The notes under the pieces were generated by a model. That model was not told the origin of the DNA and made no database searches. It worked only from the letters and a program-made list of their open reading frames with translations. A DNA stretch of 63,380 nt, counting the filler, from Stramenopiles sp. TOSAG23-2 (lineage: Eukaryota): assembly GCA_900128395.1 (NCBI GenBank). It is 11 parts of 11 records of this genome, joined end to end, with 100 filler letters (N's around TTAATTAATTAA, not from the genome) between each part and the next. Parts side by side here need not be neighbours in the genome. Positions count along the whole stretch, not along the records: positions 16,405 to 24,481 come from LT650238.1; positions 24,582 to 32,657 come from LT650239.1; 9 more parts are not named here. The stretch is one strand, 5' to 3'. The first letter of the stretch is position 1, and every line of letters begins with the position of its first letter. A program made the translations under genes and the position numbers. Positions 21,347-29,366 of the stretch are shown piece by piece.

Positions 21347-23368
21347 ATGCAGAAATCGGTCACTGCAAAAGAGGTGCAGCTGACTAGTTACGATGACAAT
21401 GTTGTACACGACAAAACTGGCAGCGGTAATAACAAGAAAAGTAACAATAACAAGGATAACAGTAGCAGCAATATTGACACGGATAAAAACGATAGTAATA
21501 ATAATGACACGGAGAAACAAGCTAACATTGAAGTTACCGTCACGTTTTGTAGCCACATAGGATGCGATGGTGTATTAGTAATGTGTTTCGCATTGGTTAT
21601 GGCTTCATTGTTTATTTATTTAATATACGAATACAGTGTGCATTTTCGGCGATTTAATAGAGATTTTGTCTGGGTCTTTATCGTCATGGCCTGTTTATTT
21701 CTACTATTTATTTTATACTATCTAGTTCGCTGGAAAAAAATGGTCAATGATTTAATGGAACAAGAAAGAAAAATTGAAAATAAAGAAAACAGCACTACCA
21801 GCAATTCATGTTTTCAAAAAGCAAAAACAAGATACAATGATTTTCAAATATTTGGAAAATATTATTTGTTTCAATTGTATACATCAGAAATATTGGAGTC
21901 TTTGAATCAAACCAATAATTTATTTACAGTTTATACTTGTTCGTTGCCAGTAGAAATAACATCGATTTTATGCATCGCTCTCAGTATCGATAGTTTTCAT
22001 ACAGTTAGCTTTATGGTACGAAAAAATGATCCAAATAGAAGAGACAGGCAAATTATCATTGATACATTAGTAGATTTTTTATGTATAGCTTTGCCATTGA
22101 TGATTATGTGGTTTGGATACCGAATTCCAATATCAATAGAAGAAATGATACAAGTTAGTATCTATCCTGCATTAACAATATTAATGAAATTAGATACTAT
22201 ATTAGAAGAAATCATTCGATCTCGTACAGCTATGGCTACGTTAACAGCACAAGAACAAGCCGCTACCAGAGCTAGTAGAAGACGAAAAAGTCTGTTTCGA
22301 GGATTAAGTCATTATGAAATTGGTGAGCAACAACAACTATTTGTTCCATATTATGTTCATATAGGGGCTGGTATATGCAAATTTGCATTTGGTATTTTAT
22401 TTTTAATTGTAGCAATAGTACAGTTAACGTTGATTTCATCTGTCAATGAAACTAGTTGTAATAAGCTATTATGGGAAAGTTGTGTAGTTGAAACACCATT
22501 TTGTGGAACTATATTTACACCAACATGTAATTGTGCCGTTTTAAATGTACAAAAACATAATTGGACCAAGTTTCCAAATGAAGTATATGAGATGAATGCA
22601 TTGAAAGTTATGCAGATTAATCATGGGCCATTACAAACAATTCCCGACAATGTTAATACAAAGTTTGAGAAGTTAAGCACATTGGATTTAAGTTACAACA
22701 AATTGATTCAAGTTCCAGATAGTTTAGGTAAACTGGAGTACAATCGATTGAAATTAGCAAACAATGAATTGAAATCATTGCCGGATGTGGTATGGGAAAA
22801 TGAACATATCCATTATTTAGAGCTTGATAATAACAATATTTCTATGATTCCCGGGGCATCAGTACAAAAAGCAAAGAACTTGCATCATATTTATTTAAGT
22901 AATAATAGCTTGATTATGCTGCCAAATGAACTTTTCGATTTGAATTTAATCACATTGATGGCTGATGGCAATAAATTAACTAGTATCTCACGTAATATTG
23001 GAGCTGCAATAAATTTGCGATACGTAAAATTTAATAATAACAATAATATTTCAATCGTCCCGGAAGAAATTGGAAACCTAGTACAATTGTTTGAACTAGA
23101 TTTAAGAAACAATGCAATAGCATCTCTCCCAAATACAATTGATAATTTAAAAAAACTAGAATATACATATCTATTTGATAATCCGATATGTACTAATGAA
23201 TGGTTGGATGGGCAACCTAAAATAAAAAATGTCGTAGAAAGATCACCAGAAGCTGGATGCAAAAAACAATGTTCAAAATATTGTCAAGATGTGAAACGGA
23301 GGGAAAAAGTCTGTTTCCGGGATTGTAACTCCAAAGTGTGCGATTATCAAAACGGCGCGTGTAGTTGA
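21347..23368 (+). CDS. Multi-pass membrane protein with leucine-rich repeats and a C-terminal Cys-rich LNR/Notch-like module
   Basis: Several TM segments, then LRRs (LSTLDLSYNKLIQVP, LFELDLRNNAIASLP), ending CSKYC..CFRDCNSKVCDYQNGAC. Confidence 0.9.
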   Translation: MQKSVTAKEVQLTSYDDNVVHDKTGSGNNKKSNNNKDNSSSNIDTDKNDSNNNDTEKQANIEVTVTFCSHIGCDGVLVMCFALVMASLFIYLIYEYSVHFRRFNRDFVWVFIVMACLFLLFILYYLVRWKKMVNDLMEQERKIENKENSTTSNSCFQKAKTRYNDFQIFGKYYLFQLYTSEILESLNQTNNLFTVYTCSLPVEITSILCIALSIDSFHTVSFMVRKNDPNRRDRQIIIDTLVDFLCIALPLMIMWFGYRIPISIEEMIQVSIYPALTILMKLDTILEEIIRSRTAMATLTAQEQAATRASRRRKSLFRGLSHYEIGEQQQLFVPYYVHIGAGICKFAFGILFLIVAIVQLTLISSVNETSCNKLLWESCVVETPFCGTIFTPTCNCAVLNVQKHNWTKFPNEVYEMNALKVMQINHGPLQTIPDNVNTKFEKLSTLDLSYNKLIQVPDSLGKLEYNRLKLANNELKSLPDVVWENEHIHYLELDNNNISMIPGASVQKAKNLHHIYLSNNSLIMLPNELFDLNLITLMADGNKLTSISRNIGAAINLRYVKFNNNNNISIVPEEIGNLVQLFELDLRNNAIASLPNTIDNLKKLEYTYLFDNPICTNEWLDGQPKIKNVVERSPEAGCKKQCSKYCQDVKRREKVCFRDCNSKVCDYQNGACS

Positions 23369-23488
23369 CACGGGATAACCGATTGCCAAGATTCGATGTT
23401 TTAGGAATTTTATATCTCGGGGTGTGAGTGAAAATAAAAAATTGTGAAAAATATGATACGTGTGCGTAATTACTTGTGTCTAATTGTT

Positions 23489-24481
23489 TCAACTTCCTCC
23501 ACCCCCACTAGACTGCAACAATCTCCTTCTTCTCCTCGCATTCCTACCTTCATTCACATCACCATATGCAAATGGATTTCCATCTTCTGATATTTCATAA
23601 CCAACCAAATCACTGCCATCGGGGTCGCGAAATACCGTTAAACCAATATTTCCAGCTGCAAATGATTGTTCCTTGCCTGTTTCAGCAACATGATCTATGC
23701 AATTGCATAACTCTCTTGATTCTGAACAACTAAAATGAAAATCACCGTTTGGCTCAACGTATACACCTGTTAATACGGAACTAGAACATATTCCTTTCAC
23801 CTGTTTAACATAATCGGTAAATTCTGTCCAATGATCTTTCCAATTCAATATACGTCTCCTGCATTTTACTTGTATATCTTTGCTTCTTAGAAATTTTTTA
23901 ATCGCTTCAACCAATCGTTTACCTTCTCCTTCCACTTTTTCTATTAAAGAATTTGGATCTTTCTTTGAGCAAATTTTTTTACGATCATCTCTTGTAAATT
24001 TAGTGCCACTTAAAATACATGGTTTTACCAATTTAAAAAGTGCAAATTTTAAAAACCTCTTTAAATTGACATTCATAGCTTTTGCATTTGATATTTTTGC
24101 TAAAAGGATATTTTCTTGAATGATACGATGATCGATACGGTTTAGTTTATAATCTAATTGTTTTAGCGCTCCCTGTCCTTTTGAAAGTTGTAATTTAATT
24201 GCTTTAGGGTTCTTTATATCGCACGTGGCTTTCACGATGTCTTTTGGTACGAATTTTTCAGATCCATCTGCTAATTTTACGAAATAATGTTTTCCTTTCT
24301 TGTAAGGTATAGAAACATCACCAAGTTTTGTAGCATCGCCACTTACAGCTGCCTTTTTCAACTTTCTAAATACATCTAGTTCTTTTTGTCGCGTTGCAAT
24401 ACTTGTATCAATATTGTTTTTAAGTGAATACTTTGTGTCCCTAAATTTTTTAACTTCCTCCACCACCACTAGATTGAAACA
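23489..24481 (-). CDS. C-terminal fragment of a large unknown protein ending RRRRRLLQSSGGGGS
   Basis: 326-aa frame starting at the contig edge; no real start in the window. Confidence 0.7.
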   Translation of the reverse strand, partial: CFNLVVVEEVKKFRDTKYSLKNNIDTSIATRQKELDVFRKLKKAAVSGDATKLGDVSIPYKKGKHYFVKLADGSEKFVPKDIVKATCDIKNPKAIKLQLSKGQGALKQLDYKLNRIDHRIIQENILLAKISNAKAMNVNLKRFLKFALFKLVKPCILSGTKFTRDDRKKICSKKDPNSLIEKVEGEGKRLVEAIKKFLRSKDIQVKCRRRILNWKDHWTEFTDYVKQVKGICSSSVLTGVYVEPNGDFHFSCSESRELCNCIDHVAETGKEQSFAAGNIGLTVFRDPDGSDLVGYEISEDGNPFAYGDVNEGRNARRRRRLLQSSGGGGS

Positions 24482-24581
24482 NNNNNNNNNNNNNNNNNNN
24501 NNNNNNNNNNNNNNNNNNNNNNNNNTTAATTAATTAANNNNNNNNNNNNNNNNNNNNNNNNNNNNNNNNNNNNNNNNNNNN
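24482..24581. other. Artificial contig linker
   Basis: N44-TTAATTAATTAA-N44. Confidence 0.99.
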
Positions 24582-24782
24582 AAACACAAAATACATGTAA
24601 AAATTACATCGTCATTTTAACAATTTCATCCTTTTCTTAAAATAAGATACAAATAACATTAATATGATATCATTACAAAATATCATATTTTAGATGGAAA
24701 TATCATCGCCTAACTCTTTTTTTATGTGTGTGATTTAAGTTACTTCTTAGTAATGATAATTTATAAAACACCTTCATCATAA

Positions 24783-25877
24783 TTAATACATATAAAAAAT
24801 GTTAATAAAATCATTTTCATCAAGACTCAGAACAATCATAAATTTTTGAAGCCAAGTGCAAAAAGATGAATCGGTTTCGTCCGGGTGCAATATAGCGTTA
24901 GCAATAACACCTTGCACTAACAGTTGCTCTGAGTCCATTTTCCTCTCAATTTGAACTTCTGTCATTTCCTCCGTCTTTGATAGTAGTTTAACCCCACTAC
25001 AATAGCAATTCAATACAGTATTCTTTGACACTTCGCTTGGGTTTACTAAACCGGTGATATTGTTGAATATAAATATTACCGACAACAAATACCAAGGCAT
25101 ACCATCTTCTGGCCAAGTTCTCACATCATCTTTGTAATTGTATACCTTCTGAACTAGTATGGAAATTTCAACAAGTTTAAGACAAAAACTTGCAAAGCCA
25201 AGAGCCCCGAGACATAGACCTAGAGGCCACCACAAACACGAGCATTTCCCTAATAGCTTCCTTCTCCCCGCTTTTTTCCACCACACTATGTTATCTTTCG
25301 TCGGCACAAACTTCAACAGACTAAAATCACCTACGGACTTAATCATAGAAGCTAATATATATGCCATCGGCGAATTCTCGGTTGTCGTTATGCGATATAT
25401 TTTATACACGAAGTATGGAAGCAGTAAATCAATAACCACGCCTTCGGTGATTGCGAAATAATGACTCCATCGGTTGTAATGTGAGTCACCAGAATGTAAA
25501 GCGGTAAAAGATTCAGCCAGCCTAAAATTACCCCCAACCAACGTAGCTAGTGCAAATAAAATTGTCAAAATACCAATTGCACATCGCAGTGGGGGACGCA
25601 TACCACAAATTTCAAAATCTTTAAAGTTGCTTGGTTCTCTGCAATACTCATCCACGCTTTCACTAATATTTTCAACTCCCGTCATCAATGGCCTATTTCT
25701 TGTTCTGACGATACGATCTGTTAGTGTTGTAGAATTCATTCTGGCTTTGGCCTCGGCTACTGCATCAAGATCAATAGCAGTTTGGCCGAACCCTGAGGTG
25801 CTGGTCATGTAACTATCGTCCTTCCTTTTTTTAAAATTAACACCACCACCAATTAAGGGTTCCTTCATCTGCGACAT
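24783..25877 (-). CDS. Hypothetical multi-pass membrane protein
   Basis: 364 aa, about 4 hydrophobic helices, N-terminal EPLI dileucine-like motif. Confidence 0.75.
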   Translation of the reverse strand: MSQMKEPLIGGGVNFKKRKDDSYMTSTSGFGQTAIDLDAVAEAKARMNSTTLTDRIVRTRNRPLMTGVENISESVDEYCREPSNFKDFEICGMRPPLRCAIGILTILFALATLVGGNFRLAESFTALHSGDSHYNRWSHYFAITEGVVIDLLLPYFVYKIYRITTTENSPMAYILASMIKSVGDFSLLKFVPTKDNIVWWKKAGRRKLLGKCSCLWWPLGLCLGALGFASFCLKLVEISILVQKVYNYKDDVRTWPEDGMPWYLLSVIFIFNNITGLVNPSEVSKNTVLNCYCSGVKLLSKTEEMTEVQIERKMDSEQLLVQGVIANAILHPDETDSSFCTWLQKFMIVLSLDENDFINIFYMY

Positions 25878-26282
25878 TTTGCTTTCTTACTTTTTGACTT
25901 CGATTGTTACAAAGTGGTACCGAAACTAATTCGACTTTAAAAAGAAAAATATTGTTTTCCTTCCAGGTTCTTTTTTATCTTAATATTTGTTAATAAAATA
26001 CTTCTTTGTTCTATAATATTCAAACACTATTTAAATGGAATGTTTATGTTACATAAAATATAATATAATAATTTGCTGTATCATAATATAATATCTTTTA
26101 TTATGAATTGTGCAATTATGATATCTATACATGCACACATCATATTATAAATAATAAATGTGCTTTGTGTGCTAAGTGCCTAATAATAATGTGTTGCTGT
26201 TGTTGTGGTAATTATTATTTTTTTATATTTTTTTGGCATGATGCATGCTGGTACGATACTTTAGCATGTGAATAGCATGGAG

Positions 26283-26557
26283 GTCCAAAATATCGCATGA
26301 AAAAGTATCGTACTCTCTAATTTTCAAATTTTTATGGCGTATATGAAATATACTATAAAAATATCCGTAACATATTAAATATAATATATTATTATAGTTA
26401 TAAAAACTTATAAATACTATCATGATTTCCATATTTATATTTTCAGATTCCCAAAATTTAGATCAATTTTATCGAACGATAAATCTCATTTTTTCATCTT
26501 TTATCTAGCATGGACACAGCATGGCGGTACGATACTTTTTCATGCGATATTTTGGAC
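26283..26557. mobile_element. MITE-like foldback with perfect 31-bp inverted repeats
   Basis: GTCCAAAATATCGCATGAAAAAGTATCGTAC (26283-26313) is the exact reverse complement of 26527-26557; AT-rich non-coding core; no clear TSD. Confidence 0.6.
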
Positions 26558-27304
26558 GTCACATCGTCACATCAGCCTTCACCAAATTTTCGGCTGTCGT
26601 CTTTTCTATGCTATGTCTATAGTAAAGATAAGACTACAAAAGTTAGACTTAACTTTCATAGGCGAAATGTCCGAATGTGAGCGAAAAAAACAAAAAGCAA
26701 AACAAAAAGTGCAAAACGAGGACTTTTTTTTACGTGTAAACGGTGGAAGAGGAGGGGATGGTATGCTCTAGCTATCCAAATATAGGGCGTATCGTACTAA
26801 ATAAAATTAAGTATAATTTGTTCAATAGTTCAAACTAGTGTTATATGTTAAGGTTGTGAATAGTCAACACACGACGCACGTTTTAATAATATTCCACTAC
26901 GCACGATAGTAAATATGTTTTTAACTTTTAAGTCATATTTTTATTGTAGTAAGTAGTGTTATTAAAGTTAAAACGTTAAAACAAATAAAAATGTAAAAAC
27001 ACACAACTTCAACACGTCTCTACATAACCCTGTAAATAACTCTATTGATTTACAAAGAGGACTACTAGGCCTGGTAAAGGCCATACGACTACTGTGTACT
27101 GTACTCGGCAGTTGTTTGTTGTTTGTTAATAATAATAATAAATATAATAATTCTAATAATAATAATAGAACAAATATATATTTTAATTTAAATTGATGAT
27201 TTTAAAGTATTATAATATTTTATCTACAATCTATATAGTTAATATAAAATAATTAATAGCAACACCTTCTACTTCGCTTTTACAATTTATAGTTACTGAC
27301 AAAC

Positions 27305-28357
27305 ATGTTTCTAGATGCTTTAGTGTTACCTGTTTATGTGAATCCTGTAGTCATGTTAGTGGTAAGTTTTTTATGGCGGTTTTCTGTTCTTCGGGTTACC
27401 ACATTGAAACGTAGTAGGAAAACCTATAGATCATTAAATCATGGTATTTACAAGGGCTTTGGTATCCCTACACTGTTTGCTACTGATTTGTTTGTCTTTA
27501 AGCTTAAGAGAACGAATTCTATGTATGAAGCGCGCACAATTATGTTGCTCTGTGTTGTGTTTTTTGAAATGTGTTATTGCTATTATATATTGCGCAATTA
27601 CCGTAAAAATGACCTAACAGCACCAACGAATAGGAAGGTTTTTTTAAGTATGTTTGTAGATGTTGCGACATCGTCACCAGTATGCTTCATTTATACTGTA
27701 ATTGACGATATGAACATGTTCAAACCAGGATGGTATGGATGGATAGGCTTTGGTCTTATCCTTGCAGGAGTTTCACTGCGAATTCGTGATTATTATTATT
27801 TCTATGGAGAGAAGGACGACCTTACACGAAGTAATATCGCTTGTAATATAAATTGTATGTATTTAGGCATTATTATTTCAGAAATTGGGTACTGCTCTTG
27901 TTGTATCAGTGTTATATTTCAACTTTCACCCGACGCTTCCATTACAAAATACTTCGGGATTGGTACCATTATACTAAGTGTGCTTGGGATATTCGTCCTT
28001 TTGTATTTGAGGAAATCCGATATGCCATCACGAAATGAACTTTTACTTCATAATAATAACAACAGTCATATACGGTACGATTCTATGACTATAGGAATAC
28101 CGCCGTCTCCTTTCATGGAAGTAGAAGGAAATAATGCTTACGATGTAAACACTAACAGCCCAGAAATCAAAAAAAAATATTTGGGGGCTGTTGCGGGCAA
28201 TCGAGGATCTGATAACATACATGTAAAAGCAACGGAAAGCGTGGACAGTTCTGATAACGAAGGAACCGAAAGCGAGGATAGTTCTGAATCTTTATCTATA
28301 GCCGTATCTGATAACGAAGATGATATGCTTCGTACGCAGTTTCAAGCGGAACTTTAG
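27305..28357 (+). CDS. Hypothetical multi-pass membrane protein with an acidic C-tail
   Basis: 350 aa, 6-7 hydrophobic segments; only faint resemblance to DUF1295/ICMT-like proteins. Confidence 0.7.
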   Translation: MFLDALVLPVYVNPVVMLVVSFLWRFSVLRVTTLKRSRKTYRSLNHGIYKGFGIPTLFATDLFVFKLKRTNSMYEARTIMLLCVVFFEMCYCYYILRNYRKNDLTAPTNRKVFLSMFVDVATSSPVCFIYTVIDDMNMFKPGWYGWIGFGLILAGVSLRIRDYYYFYGEKDDLTRSNIACNINCMYLGIIISEIGYCSCCISVIFQLSPDASITKYFGIGTIILSVLGIFVLLYLRKSDMPSRNELLLHNNNNSHIRYDSMTIGIPPSPFMEVEGNNAYDVNTNSPEIKKKYLGAVAGNRGSDNIHVKATESVDSSDNEGTESEDSSESLSIAVSDNEDDMLRTQFQAEL

Positions 28358-28472
28358 TGAAAATATGCGCATATATAACTTTATGATGATATTAAAAATA
28401 TATCAAAAATATATATTTTAATATATATATATAAATACTACGTTCGTAATGAATTGTCCATCTTTCAGTTTA

Positions 28473-28696
28473 GTGAGATAGATATTATTGTCTCAGTTAT
28501 TGTACTCGTATTCTTTCTGGAGAGTACGAATTATCATGTGAGTATCATATGATAAATTAAAAAATAAAAGTTATTAATATCAACACACTTGTGTGAGATA
28601 GATTATTTCAGTTATTTTATTCTTTTGAAGAGTAGGAATTATCATGAGTAAATTAAAAACATAAATTATTGCGTAAATTATAATATATAATATTAT
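28473..28696. repeat. Dispersed ~100-bp repeat, two tandem copies
   Basis: GTGAGATA...TCAGTTA...GAAGAGTAGGAATTATCATGAGTAAATTAAAAA..AAATTAT(T)GCGTAA at 28473-28568 (more degenerate) and 28591-28696; also on two other contigs. Confidence 0.85.
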
Positions 28697-28920
28697 GCAT
28701 CAATTATACTATATAATACGAAGTAAGATACTACGCTTCGCATATCATTGGCAGTTTTAAGTTATTAATCGTGTGGTATATTGCATTATTTTCTGGTACG
28801 ATAACGTATGATACGAATATCAAATGCGAAGTATGATATAGTATGATAACATAATATGATACGAACTTCGTATATTATTTGAACATTTCCACCTCTCACT
28901 AGCAAGCTTATTTGATAAAT

Positions 28921-29366
28921 CTCTGCTAATGTCAATTCCTACATTTTATCATAGCTTTTTCATTATTATCGATTCCGTTGTTTTCTTCTATTCCACCTCA
29001 TCATCGAGCTCATTTAATAAAACTCTGCCGATTTCAATTCCTACTTTTATCATAGCTTTTTCATTCTTATCGATTCCGTTGTTTTCTTCTTTATACTTTG
29101 TTAAAAATTTAATTCCCTTATCAATTGTAGATCTTGTATCGGGTAATGTTATTTTATCCATTATTAATTTGTTGTGCATGCCCATCGAGCTCCTTTAATA
29201 AAACTCTGCCAATTTCAATTCCTACTTTTATCATAGCTATTTCATTCTTATCGATTCCGTTGTTTTCTTCGTTATACTTTATTGTTAAAAAATTAATCCC
29301 CTCATCAATTGTAGATCTTGTATCGGGTAATGTTATTTTATCCATTATTAATTTGTTGTGCATGCC
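28921..29366. repeat. Diverged tandem duplication of a gene 3' end (181 + 184 bp, plus a partial third copy)
   Basis: Units 29002-29182 and 29183-29366; a more decayed partial copy at 28921-28988. Confidence 0.92.

Noticed and set aside
28712-28878. Short nested inverted matches (ATACGAAGT/ACTTCGTAT; CTTCGCAT/ATGCGAAG)
   Set aside because: Arms of only 8-9 bp in low-complexity TATGATA-rich DNA; too weak to call an element.
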